Shown here: positions 19,404-28,914 of the stretch, piece after piece
Numbering within the stretch: the first letter of the stretch is position 1
Layout of the letters: each line of letters opens with the position of its first letter
NCBI GenBank assembly: GCA_945919295.1
Contig: CAMEJC010000002.1
Coordinates: 1 to 57,777 of the forward strand
Length of the DNA: 57,777 bases
Origin: an uncultured Mycoplasmatota bacterium
GTDB taxonomy: Bacteria > Bacillota_I > Bacilli_A > RF39 > UBA660
Reading direction: 5' to 3'
Program-made: the position numbers and the translations under genes
Notes under the pieces: model-generated
The model's input: the letters and a program-made list of their open reading frames with translations, nothing else
Databases searched by the model: none
What the model was told of the DNA's origin: nothing

Positions 19404-20282
19404 CTACTTTATTTCAATATTCATTATTTCTAATAATCTATTCAAATCATTAATATTTTCAAAATAAATATTAATCTTTTTATTATCAATCTTAACTTTA
19501 GTACCCAGAATTTCTCTCATTTCACTTTCAATTTGTGAATAATCAGAATTAATTTCTCTTCTAGTAATTGGGGTTCTTTTTTTTATATTTTGATTCTTAC
19601 TAATTTCTTCAAGACTGTGTACACTCATATTTTCTTTAACAATTTTATCTGCAAGTTCAGAAACCTCTTCTTCATCTTCCATTTTACTAAGTACTCTAGC
19701 GTGTCCCATTGAAATCTCACCATTTAGAATCATCTTTTGCACATCTTCAGGAAGATTAAGAAGACCTAAAGTATTAGTAATATGACTCCTACTTTTACCA
19801 ATTTTTTTAGCTAAATCTTCTTGTCTAATATCCAAGTTATCAATAATACCTTTATAAGCCCAAGCCAGTTCAATAGCGGTCAAATTTTCTCTTTGAATAT
19901 TTTCAAGTAATGATATTTCACGCATTTCATCATCAGTAAAATCTTTCACAATAGCGGGTATTTTAGATAAACCAGCTAGTTTACTAGCTCTAAGTCTTCT
20001 CTCTCCTGCAATAAGATCGTATCCTTTAATACTTTTTTTGACGATAATTGGTTGAAAAATTCCATAATTTTTAATCGACTCAGCTAGTTCATTGAGAGCT
20101 TCCTCATTAAAAGTTTTCCTTGGCTGATAAGGATTAGGTCTAATTTCAGATACTGGAATTTCCTTAATATCATTTTCAGTAGCAGTCTCCATAATATTAT
20201 TTTCAAAAGTATCAAAATCTAACACTTCACTCGAAAATAATTCTTCTAAACCTTTACCTAATGCTTTCTTCTTTTGTTCCAT
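19404..20282 (-). CDS. spo0J: Chromosome partitioning protein ParB/Spo0J
   Basis: LGKGLEELF start, GERR motif (LIAGERRLRAS) and HTH (QEDLAKKIGKSRSHITNTLGLL). AAGGAGG RBS. It lies downstream of soj. Confidence 0.9.
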   Translation of the reverse strand: MEQKKKALGKGLEELFSSEVLDFDTFENNIMETATENDIKEIPVSEIRPNPYQPRKTFNEEALNELAESIKNYGIFQPIIVKKSIKGYDLIAGERRLRASKLAGLSKIPAIVKDFTDDEMREISLLENIQRENLTAIELAWAYKGIIDNLDIRQEDLAKKIGKSRSHITNTLGLLNLPEDVQKMILNGEISMGHARVLSKMEDEEEVSELADKIVKENMSVHSLEEISKNQNIKKRTPITRREINSDYSQIESEMREILGTKVKIDNKKINIYFENINDLNRLLEIMNIEIK

Positions 20283-21066
20283 TTCTCTCTATAACCTCCT
20301 TAGCTAAATTTAAATAGGCAATTGTGCCCTTATTTCTCGGCTCATATTCTAGTATCGGTTTACCGTGTGATGGTGCTTCCGCTAGTCTTACTAGTCTTGG
20401 AATAATCGTATCATACACTCTTTCTTTGAAGAAACCTTTAATACTTTCAATAACTTCAATGCCTAAATTAGTATTAGAAAACATTGTAAGTAGTACTCCT
20501 TCAATATCCAAGTTCGGATTAACCTTTCTCTGCGCTAACATTATCGTATTAATAAGCTGCATAATACCTTCTAGTGCAAAATATTCACATTGAACCGGTA
20601 TAAGTACTGAGTCAGCGGCAGCAAGAGCATTAGTAGTTAAAATACCAAGTGAAGGTGGACAATCAATCAAAATAAAGTCGTAAGCATTTTTAACTTTTCC
20701 AAGTTCCTCTTTTAATCTTGTAACTCTATTAAAATGAGCTCCTGTCTCTTTAGCCCTTCTCTCTAGTTCAATAAGTTCCATATCGACACCTGCTAAATTA
20801 AGATAAGCCGGAAGTAAACTTAAATTTTTACTCTTTGTTTTAATAATTGACTTTTCTATACTTTCTTTTTTAGTTAAAACTTCATATATACTACTAGATA
20901 TATCTCCTTTATTAACACCTACTCCTGTTGTGGCATTACCTTGTGGATCTAAATCGACAAGTAATACTTTTTTATCTAAAACTCCCAAAGAAGCTGCTAA
21001 ATTTATACTAGTTGTAGTTTTACCTACACCACCCTTTTGGTTTACTATTGCAATAATTTTTCCCAT
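20254..21066 (-). CDS. soj: ParA/Soj chromosome partitioning ATPase
   Basis: Deviant Walker A NQKGGVGKTTT. The ATG at 21066 follows AGGGTGA. Confidence 0.92.
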   Translation of the reverse strand: MGKIIAIVNQKGGVGKTTTSINLAASLGVLDKKVLLVDLDPQGNATTGVGVNKGDISSSIYEVLTKKESIEKSIIKTKSKNLSLLPAYLNLAGVDMELIELERRAKETGAHFNRVTRLKEELGKVKNAYDFILIDCPPSLGILTTNALAAADSVLIPVQCEYFALEGIMQLINTIMLAQRKVNPNLDIEGVLLTMFSNTNLGIEVIESIKGFFKERVYDTIIPRLVRLAEAPSHGKPILEYEPRNKGTIAYLNLAKEVIERNGTKEESIR

Positions 21067-21176
21067 AAATGTCACCCTATTTTCCTCAAATATAATTGTA
21101 TCAAAAAAAGTAAAAAAAAGAAAGAGTTTTAGTAATTTTATTTTATTTCCCTGTAAGCCTTCTAGTCTTTCATGGC

Positions 21177-21231
21177 TTTTTAGAGCCTAGGGTCTCTAAA
21201 AAGAAAATTGAAGCCTAAGGTCTTCAATTTT
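21177..21231. terminator. Two tandem bidirectional hairpins
   Basis: tttttagag-cctagggt-ctctaaaaa and aaaattgaag-cctaaggt-cttcaatttt. Both are flanked by A-runs and T-runs. Confidence 0.5.
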
Positions 21232-21252
21232 AAGAGTTTAAATTATATTTAA

Positions 21253-21516
21253 TTAGAAAGAAAAGTGTCTTCCGTTAGAAGGTTCATCATCCAAAGCACT
21301 ATTCATGATATCCTCTATTGATACGTTACTAGCGGCATTTTTTCTTTTTCTTTCTTCTTCAGCTATAAATGATTGCGCCGAGTTGTAAAACCTATAATAT
21401 TCTTTCATAAAATCATCACTACTTAACGAAGTCTTATTTGCCATATATGTTCTAGTCATTTCATTAGCCAAAAATTGTATTTTATTATCATCCATTCTTT
21501 CTGAAATATATGCCAT
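21253..21516 (-). CDS. Hypothetical protein, 87 aa
   Basis: The ATG at 21516 follows AAGGATGGTGA. No recognisable family. Confidence 0.5.
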   Translation of the reverse strand: MAYISERMDDNKIQFLANEMTRTYMANKTSLSSDDFMKEYYRFYNSAQSFIAEEERKRKNAASNVSIEDIMNSALDDEPSNGRHFSF

Positions 21517-21731
21517 ATAAATCACCATCCTTAACTAAATAATACTTTTAAAATATATGTTTGTCAATATTAAATATAAAGTTTTACAACATGATTTTAC
21601 ATTTTATAACATTCTCTAATACATAAGATTAATTTTCATATAACATGGGATAATTTCATTTTCCAAAGTATATGATAGAAGATTAACACTATCATAAACT
21701 AATATTATATGAGTTAATTTAACAAAAAATC

Positions 21732-21760
21732 TTGACATAATTGAAATAAACATATATAAT
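21732..21760 (+). promoter_or_regulatory. Consensus sigma-A promoter of the rpmH operon
   Basis: TTGACA (21732-21737), 17 nt, then TATAAT (21755-21760). Confidence 0.6.
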
Positions 21761-21792
21761 AAAATAGCATTTGACTTGGAGGTGTTTTAATA

Positions 21793-21915
21793 ATGAAAAG
21801 AACTTATCAACCTAATAACAGAAAAAAAGCTAAAAAGCACGGTTTCTTTGCTAGAATTAAAGGTAATGTTTTAAAAAATAGAAGAGCTAAAAAAAGAAAA
21901 AAATTATGTGCATAA
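21793..21915 (+). CDS. rpmH: 50S ribosomal protein L34
   Basis: Not in the track (40 aa). Product is [50 protein letters not shown]. It is followed by rnpA. Confidence 0.9.
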   Translation: MKRTYQPNNRKKAKKHGFFARIKGNVLKNRRAKKRKKLCA

Positions 21916-21953
21916 TTTTGTTTTCTTTTTTTCTTTTTATCTAAAAATATAAT

Positions 21954-22271
21954 ATGAAAAAGTTAGAAATAATAAAGTCATCTCGTGAATATACTGAAAT
22001 AATTAATCTAAATAAATCGAAAAAAAATAAATATTTTAGTATCTACTATCGAAAAAATAATCAAGATAATAGGTATGGAATTACTATTCCTAAAAAAACA
22101 GGAACTGCAGTAGTTCGTAACAAAATAAAAAGAAGGATAAAAAACATTATCGATAATAACAAAAAAATCGTGCAAAGTGGTTATGACTATGTTATAATTG
22201 TTAAGAAAGGTGTATTAGATTTAACATATCAAGAGATGGAAAGAGAATTGTTAAAGCTAATTAAATTATAG
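21954..22271 (+). CDS. rnpA: Ribonuclease P protein component
   Basis: Basic 105-aa protein with a GTAVVRNKIKRRIK motif. Conserved position after rpmH. Confidence 0.9.
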   Translation: MKKLEIIKSSREYTEIINLNKSKKNKYFSIYYRKNNQDNRYGITIPKKTGTAVVRNKIKRRIKNIIDNNKKIVQSGYDYVIIVKKGVLDLTYQEMERELLKLIKL

Positions 22272-22280
22272 GTGATAAAA

Positions 22281-23231
22281 TTGAAAGAAAATAAAAAGAC
22301 TGTAAAAATTTTATTATTAGTATTAAGTTTAGTTATGCTAACAGGTTGTACTAAAACATTAACTGATGAAAATAAAAAAGCCGTCAAAGATGAAGCTTCA
22401 GGTAAGACAATGACTGAAAATATTTTATGTAGACCCACTAATGAAAGTGCCATCAAAATATATGAAGAAAACAATGTAGATATTGATGCATTACCAAAAT
22501 GTGAAAATTTTCAACCATTTGATGAGTATGAAGGATTATGGACTACCATCTTTGTAAAACCATTAGCCTGGGTTATCATCAAAATAGGGTATTTACTAGG
22601 TACAATAGGACTTAGTCAAGGATTAGCAAATGGCTTTGCCATCATTTTATCTTGCTTAGCAATAAGATTAATATTATACCCATTTACTAAAAAAACTGCT
22701 ATGCAATCAGAAAAAATGAAAGAGGTTCAACCACAATTAGAAAAATTAGAAAAGAAGTATAAAAATAGAACTAGTGAAGAAGACCAAAAAAGAAAAGCTG
22801 AAGAAATGATGATGATATATCAAAAAAATAAGATAAATCCAGTATCTAGTTGCTTGCTTTCTTTTATTCAAATTCCATTACTATTTGCTTATTTAGAAGC
22901 AATCAATAGAACACCCGTTATATTTGAAAATAAATTCTTAAAATTAGACATGGGAACAACAGTATCTCATGGAATAATGTCTAATTTATGGTATTTATAT
23001 GCAATACTTCTATTACTAATATTAGCAACATCGTATCTATCATTTAGAAAGACATTAAAAGATCAAACTGCTATGGCTGCTCAAATGAAAGGAACAATTT
23101 ATTTTATGCTAGCAATGATTGTAATAGCGGCATTTAGCTTGCCAGTTGCATTAGGACTATATTGGATAACTTCTTCAATATTTACAGTAATTCAAAACCT
23201 AATTGTGGAAAGAAAGAAGGTTAAGAAGTAA
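22281..23231 (+). CDS. yidC: Membrane protein insertase YidC (lipoprotein type)
   Basis: Lipobox LTGC followed by the YidC/Oxa1 core (PFTKKTAMQSEKMKEVQP...). TTG at 22281 sits 5 nt after AGGTGA. The track GTG at 22272 lies inside that RBS. Confidence 0.9.
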   Translation: MKENKKTVKILLLVLSLVMLTGCTKTLTDENKKAVKDEASGKTMTENILCRPTNESAIKIYEENNVDIDALPKCENFQPFDEYEGLWTTIFVKPLAWVIIKIGYLLGTIGLSQGLANGFAIILSCLAIRLILYPFTKKTAMQSEKMKEVQPQLEKLEKKYKNRTSEEDQKRKAEEMMMIYQKNKINPVSSCLLSFIQIPLLFAYLEAINRTPVIFENKFLKLDMGTTVSHGIMSNLWYLYAILLLLILATSYLSFRKTLKDQTAMAAQMKGTIYFMLAMIVIAAFSLPVALGLYWITSSIFTVIQNLIVERKKVKK

Positions 23232-23839
23232 TGAACAAATATTATTACGAAGGTAAAACAAAAGAAGCTGCTATTGAATTAGCGCTTCAAGAATTAAAAA
23301 TAAGTGATGAAGATTTAGTAATCAATAATATTGAAGAAAAATCAGGATTATTAAAAAAATCAGTTAAAATTGAAGTATTAAATATAAATGAAGTAATTTC
23401 ATTTATCAAAGATACAATAAGTGAAATAACTAAAAACATGGGAGCAGAGGCCAATTTAGAAGTAAGAAGAAGAGAAAATAATATCTCTGTAACAATCTTT
23501 TCAGACAACAACTCCATTCTCATTGGAAAAAATGGAAAAAATGTTGCTGCACTTCAATTACTAATAAGACAAATGGTGAACTCAAAATTAAATAGTCCAT
23601 TAGGAATAATCATCGATGTTGGAAATTACAAAGAAAAAAGAGCCAAAAACATTGAATATCTAGCTAAGAAATTAGCGAGAGAAGCTTATAAAACAAAAAC
23701 CGAAGTAACGATGGACAGTATGAATTCATATGAGAGAAGAATTGTTCACGAAGCCCTTGCAGAAGACAAATATGTCTATACAGAGTCTGTAGGAGAGGAA
23801 CCGAATAGACGTGTAGTAATAAAACTAAAAGAGGAATAA
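23231..23839 (+). CDS. jag: Jag/KhpB RNA-binding protein (KH + R3H)
   Basis: C-terminal R3H motif SMNSYERRIVHEAL. TAATG overlap with yidC and conserved synteny. Confidence 0.85.
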   Translation: MNKYYYEGKTKEAAIELALQELKISDEDLVINNIEEKSGLLKKSVKIEVLNINEVISFIKDTISEITKNMGAEANLEVRRRENNISVTIFSDNNSILIGKNGKNVAALQLLIRQMVNSKLNSPLGIIIDVGNYKEKRAKNIEYLAKKLAREAYKTKTEVTMDSMNSYERRIVHEALAEDKYVYTESVGEEPNRRVVIKLKEE

Positions 23840-23907
23840 TCTTCTTTTTTTTTGCATATATTTAAAAAGTGTGATATAATGAGTAGCCGTCAGAAAGAAG
23901 GTGTAAA

Positions 23908-24771
23908 ATGAAATATATAGATAAAATAAGTACTATTATCAATATAGATGAAATATATGTATCACTATTAATAAAAACATTTCTTTACATAATAATTATA
24001 TGGATAATCGAAAAAATAGGTATTAAATTATTAAGAAAAACAAGTGATAATAAAAAAGAATACCAATATACCCAAAAATTTAAATTAATTATGCGATTAT
24101 TAAGATTATTCATAATAATATTACTATGGGGAAGATATATAAAAAACATCTTAACATTTATCAGTGTTGTATCAGCAGCTTTTACTATTGCACTAAGAGA
24201 TTTAATATTTAATTTCTTTTGTGGAATATATATTAAAGTCGTTAAACCATTTGAAGTTGAAGATAGAATAGAAATAAATAATTACAAAGGCGATGTCGTC
24301 AATATAAACTCAATGAATTTTGAAGTATTAGAAGTAACAAATATTGACTTTACCGGTCAGAGTACGGGAATAATCATTCATTTACCAAATTCAATGATTT
24401 TTAATTATCCATTACGCAATTATAATAAAGGATTTAAATATATTTGGAATGAGATAGTAGTAAAAGTTCCTCTGGACTGTGATTTGGTAAAAACAAAGAA
24501 TATATTATATAAAATAGTTAATTCTAATGATATAATAAAAAATATTCCACCAAAATTAAAAAAACAAATTAATAACATCTCGAATAAATATCGAATTTAC
24601 TATAACAAATATGAACCAATAATATACACGAAGATAGAGGATGATCATATTTCTCTTCAAATAAGATACTTAGTTCACCCTAAAAAAGCTAGATTTGTTG
24701 AATCAACTATTTGGAATAATATAATTGTTGCCTATAAAAATAAGAAAATTGAATTATATAAACAAAAGTAA
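23908..24771 (+). CDS. MscS-family mechanosensitive channel
   Basis: Three N-terminal TM helices, then KPFEVEDRIEINNYKGDVVNINSMNFEV (MscS beta-domain signature). Confidence 0.75.
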   Translation: MKYIDKISTIINIDEIYVSLLIKTFLYIIIIWIIEKIGIKLLRKTSDNKKEYQYTQKFKLIMRLLRLFIIILLWGRYIKNILTFISVVSAAFTIALRDLIFNFFCGIYIKVVKPFEVEDRIEINNYKGDVVNINSMNFEVLEVTNIDFTGQSTGIIIHLPNSMIFNYPLRNYNKGFKYIWNEIVVKVPLDCDLVKTKNILYKIVNSNDIIKNIPPKLKKQINNISNKYRIYYNKYEPIIYTKIEDDHISLQIRYLVHPKKARFVESTIWNNIIVAYKNKKIELYKQK

Positions 24772-24849
24772 ATAATAAAGTAATTGTCAATAATTACTTT
24801 CATTTTTTTCTATATTATGATAAAATACTTTGGAAAGAAGGAGTAATCT

Positions 24850-26196
24850 ATGAATGATACAATCGTCGCTATATCGACAACTACAGGAGTAGGAGCTATA
24901 TCAATAATAAGATTAAGTGGTCCGGAATCTATAGAGATAGCAAGTAAAGTATTTACTAAAGATCTCTCGAATACCGAATCTCATACGATACATTATGGGC
25001 ACATAAAAGATAAAGAAGAAATAATCGACGAAGTACTAGTAAGTGTAATGCGTGCTCCCAAGACATTTACGAGAGAAGATATTGTTGAAATAAATTGCCA
25101 TGGTGGCGTAGCCCCAACTAATAAAGTTTTAGAAGTGCTACTCAAAAATGGTGCTAGGCTTGCAGAACCTGGAGAATTTACTAAAAGAGCTTTTCTAAAT
25201 GGAAGAATAGACTTACTAGAAGCTGAAGCTACTATGGACCTAATATCATCTAAGACCGATAAAGCAAGAAAAATGTCTATAAACACTTTAACCGGTGAAA
25301 CATCGAACTTAATTAAAGAATTAAGAGATGATCTAGTAGGTATCATAAGTAATATAGAAGTAAATATCGATTATCCAGAATATGAAGATATCGAAGTTTT
25401 GACAAACGAAAAAATAATACCAAGTATCAAATTATTTAAAGAAAAATTAGAAGATATAATTAAAAAATCTGAAGACAGTAGGGTAATCAAAGAGGGTATT
25501 AAAGTTGGCATAATAGGAAGACCTAACGTTGGTAAAAGTAGTCTCCTAAATTCACTGCTTGAAGAAGAAAAAGCAATAGTTACGGACATTCCTGGAACTA
25601 CAAGAGACATTGTTGAAGGAACAATTGTCCTAGGAGGAATTATCTTAAATATAATTGATACTGCTGGAATTAGAGATACAAGAGATGTTGTTGAAAAGCT
25701 TGGTGTTGAAAAAAGTATGCATATCATTGATTCTTCAGACTTAGTAATATTTATTTTAAACAATAATGAAGAAATAACCGAAGAAGAGAAAGAACTATTA
25801 CAAAAATTAGAAGATAAGAAAAGAATAATTGTTATCAACAAAATAGATTTAGAACCTAAATTAGATAAATCAAATTTAAATAACTATATCGAAATATCAG
25901 TAAAAGATAATATCGGTATTGATAAAATAAAGGATGAAATAAAAAGGTTATTTAATATCGGAATAATAGAGGCAAATGATATGACCTATCTATCAAATGC
26001 ACGAAGTATTTCCCTTCTTCATAAAGCACTTAAAAATATTGAAGAAGCCATTATTGAAATAAATAATAATAGCCCCATTGATATTGTCGAATTTAATTTA
26101 AAAGATGCTTGGAATAATCTAGGAGAAATAATAGGAGAAACTTATACAGAGGAACTACTGGATGAATTATTTAGTAGATTCTGTTTAGGAAAGTAG
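24850..26196 (+). CDS. mnmE: tRNA modification GTPase MnmE
   Basis: G domain GRPNVGKSSLLN/DTAG/NKID and the C-terminal FCLGK motif. Confidence 0.95.
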   Translation: MNDTIVAISTTTGVGAISIIRLSGPESIEIASKVFTKDLSNTESHTIHYGHIKDKEEIIDEVLVSVMRAPKTFTREDIVEINCHGGVAPTNKVLEVLLKNGARLAEPGEFTKRAFLNGRIDLLEAEATMDLISSKTDKARKMSINTLTGETSNLIKELRDDLVGIISNIEVNIDYPEYEDIEVLTNEKIIPSIKLFKEKLEDIIKKSEDSRVIKEGIKVGIIGRPNVGKSSLLNSLLEEEKAIVTDIPGTTRDIVEGTIVLGGIILNIIDTAGIRDTRDVVEKLGVEKSMHIIDSSDLVIFILNNNEEITEEEKELLQKLEDKKRIIVINKIDLEPKLDKSNLNNYIEISVKDNIGIDKIKDEIKRLFNIGIIEANDMTYLSNARSISLLHKALKNIEEAIIEINNNSPIDIVEFNLKDAWNNLGEIIGETYTEELLDELFSRFCLGK

Positions 26197-26212
26197 GTGA
26201 AGAAATAGAAGT

Positions 26213-28051
26213 ATGAATTATGAAGTAATAGTTGTAGGTGGAGGTCATGCTGGTTGTGAAGCTGCTGCCTCCGCTTCTCGCAAAGGACATAAAACTCTTT
26301 TAGTGACGGGAAATATAAATAATATTGCCACTATGCCATGCAATCCCTCAATAGGGGGCTCTGCTAAAGGCATCATCGTAAGAGAAATTGATGCACTAGG
26401 TGGCGTTATGGGAGAAGTAGCGGATAAAACACTAATTCAAATGAAGATGCTAAACTATGCCAAAGGACCCGCAGTTAAGTCTCTTCGTGCTCAAGCAGAT
26501 AAAATAACTTATCCAAGAGAAATGTTAAATCTTTTAAGAAAAGAGAAAAACTTGGATATTAAAGAAGGTATGGTTGAAGACTTAATTGTCAAAGATAATA
26601 CTGTCTATGGTGTTATTTTAGCTACTGGTGAAAATATAACTTCTAATATTGTCATTCTAACTACTGGTACATATTTAAAATCTGATATTTTAATAGGAAG
26701 TACTAGAACTAGAAGTGGTCCTCATAATGAAAAACCATCGATGCATTTATCAGATAATCTAAAAAAATATGGTTTTGATATTTTAAGATTAAAGACAGGG
26801 ACACCGCCTCGTATTGACAGAAGTACCATTGACTTTTCCAAAACCAAAAGAGAAGACGGCGATAGAGAGTATTATACCTTCTCACACACTAATCCTCCTG
26901 TTTATGATATAGATAATCAAGAGCCTTGTTATCTAATTTATACAACTGAAGAAACAAAAAAAATAATAAATGATAACTTACATAAATCGAGTATGTATGG
27001 TGGATTAGATGATATAACAGGCGTAGGACCTAGATACTGTCCATCAATTGAAGACAAAATGGTAAGATTTAGTGACAAAGAAAAACATCAGCTCTTTTTA
27101 GAACCTGAAAGTAAATATTACGATGATATCTATGTTCAAGGCTTTTCAACAAGTATGCCCAAAGATGTTCAAGAAAAAATGGTTCATTCACTACCAGGAT
27201 TAGAAAATGCCAAAATATTAAGATATGCTTATGCTATCGAATACGATGCCATCTATCCAACACAAGTAAAACCAAGTTTGGAAACTAAAGTATTAAATAA
27301 TCTTTTTACTGCGGGGCAAATAAATGGAACAAGCGGTTATGAAGAAGCAGCTTGCCAAGGATTAATCGCAGGTATCAATGCCACTCTTAAATTAGAAGGT
27401 AAAGATCCTCTCATTTTAAAAAGAAATGAAGCCTATATTGGTGTATTAATTGATGATTTAGTAACTAAAGGGACTAAAGAACCATACCGTATGCTAACGT
27501 CTCGTGCCGAATACCGTCTTTTACTTAGACATGATAATTCGGATTTAAGATTAAGAGAATATGGGCATGAAGTAGGTTTAATAACTGGTGATAAATATAA
27601 TAAATTTTTAGAAAAGAAAAATAATATAATAAAATTAACAAATGAATTAAAAGAACAAAAAATAACAGTAGATAATGAAAAGAGAAGAGTAACTACTACA
27701 GTATATGACTATTTAAAAAATCCTACTTCTAATCTAAAAGAAATAATAAAAACATTCAATATGGATTTAAATTATAGAGACGAAGTAATTGAGGAAGTAG
27801 AAATTCAAATAAAATATGAAGGTTATATCAAGAAAGTTCAGAGAGAAGCCGAAAAAATGTTAAAGAATGAAGAAAAACAGTTACCAGTAGATTTAGATTA
27901 TGACAAAGTTCCCAATTTAGCTAGTGAAGCAAGACAAAAACTAAAAGAAATACGCCCAAGAACCGTAGCTCAAGCTATTAGAATAAGTGGCGTTAACCCT
28001 TCTGATATCTCAATATTATTAGTATATTTAAGGAAGTATTACAATGAATAA
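26213..28051 (+). CDS. mnmG: tRNA uridine 5-carboxymethylaminomethyl modification enzyme MnmG
   Basis: FAD motif VVGGGHAGCEAA. 612 aa. Follows mnmE. Confidence 0.97.
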   Translation: MNYEVIVVGGGHAGCEAAASASRKGHKTLLVTGNINNIATMPCNPSIGGSAKGIIVREIDALGGVMGEVADKTLIQMKMLNYAKGPAVKSLRAQADKITYPREMLNLLRKEKNLDIKEGMVEDLIVKDNTVYGVILATGENITSNIVILTTGTYLKSDILIGSTRTRSGPHNEKPSMHLSDNLKKYGFDILRLKTGTPPRIDRSTIDFSKTKREDGDREYYTFSHTNPPVYDIDNQEPCYLIYTTEETKKIINDNLHKSSMYGGLDDITGVGPRYCPSIEDKMVRFSDKEKHQLFLEPESKYYDDIYVQGFSTSMPKDVQEKMVHSLPGLENAKILRYAYAIEYDAIYPTQVKPSLETKVLNNLFTAGQINGTSGYEEAACQGLIAGINATLKLEGKDPLILKRNEAYIGVLIDDLVTKGTKEPYRMLTSRAEYRLLLRHDNSDLRLREYGHEVGLITGDKYNKFLEKKNNIIKLTNELKEQKITVDNEKRRVTTTVYDYLKNPTSNLKEIIKTFNMDLNYRDEVIEEVEIQIKYEGYIKKVQREAEKMLKNEEKQLPVDLDYDKVPNLASEARQKLKEIRPRTVAQAIRISGVNPSDISILLVYLRKYYNE

Positions 28052-28745
28052 AGAAGAATTCATAAAAGAAACAAAAAAAATAGGTATCGAATTAAATAAT
28101 CAAATATTAAAAGATTTAGAGGCGTATTATAACATTTTAAAAGAAGAAAATACCAAGTATAATTTAACTCGCATAATATCCCAAGAAGATGTCTATCTAA
28201 AACACTTTTATGACAGTTTAACTATAACTAAAATAGTAGATATTAATAATCAAAGTATTTGTGACCTAGGATCTGGTGCTGGATTCCCTGGCTTAGTTCT
28301 AGCAATATGTTTTCCAAACACTAAAATGACTTTAATCGAATCAAATGGAAAAAAATGTTATTTTTTAAACACCGTGAAGGAAAAATTAAATTTAAATAAT
28401 GTAAATATAATAAACACTAGAGTAGAAGAATATGCTAGAAAAAATAGAGAAATCTTTGATATTGTAACTGCAAGAGCTGTCGCTCCTTTAAAACATCTTT
28501 TAGAATATGGAGTACCTCTAGTTAAAATAGAAGGATCTTTTATAGCTATGAAAGCAAATATTGAAGGTGAAATAGAAAATATTGATAATTACTATGCTAA
28601 ACTAGATATAAAAGAAATAAAAAAAATGGTATTTAATTTACCCAAAGAAAATAGTTTAAGAACACTTTTAAAATATCAAAAACTAAAGGTAACTAATCAA
28701 AAATATCCACGAAGATATTCTGATATCATAAAAAAGGAAATATAA
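28044..28745 (+). CDS. rsmG: 16S rRNA (guanine527-N7)-methyltransferase RsmG
   Basis: SAM motif DLGSGAGFPG. 8-nt overlap with mnmG. Confidence 0.93.
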   Translation: MNKEEFIKETKKIGIELNNQILKDLEAYYNILKEENTKYNLTRIISQEDVYLKHFYDSLTITKIVDINNQSICDLGSGAGFPGLVLAICFPNTKMTLIESNGKKCYFLNTVKEKLNLNNVNIINTRVEEYARKNREIFDIVTARAVAPLKHLLEYGVPLVKIEGSFIAMKANIEGEIENIDNYYAKLDIKEIKKMVFNLPKENSLRTLLKYQKLKVTNQKYPRRYSDIIKKEI

Positions 28746-28746
28746 T

Positions 28747-28780
28747 GAGAAGAAACATAAAATTTCTTCTTTTTCTTAAT
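28747..28780 (+). terminator. Terminator after rsmG
   Basis: Stem agaagaaa/tttcttct followed by a T-run. Confidence 0.5.
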
Positions 28781-28914
28781 AATAGTTAATATAAAAAATA
28801 ATTACTAAATTATAAAGCCAAAATAAAAATTTGACAAAATATCTTGTAAATTTACAAAATTTATAGTATCATTATATTAGAGTAGATAAAAAGAAGTGAA
28901 AAGAGGGTATAAAT

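Noticed and set aside
19911-19930. parS-like sequence inside spo0J (tatttcacgcatttca)
   Set aside because: Only about 10 of 16 positions match TGTTTCACGTGAAACA, essentially one half-site. No full parS was seen anywhere in the window.
22272-22280. GTG start of yidC given by the track
   Set aside because: The GTG lies inside the AGGTGA Shine-Dalgarno sequence. The TTG at 22281 has proper spacing and yields a normal lipoprotein signal peptide.
24993-25841. Minus-strand ORFs of 117 and 156 aa inside mnmE
   Set aside because: They are Ser/Leu/Ile-rich antisense translations of a conserved gene, which is typical of AT-rich genomes.
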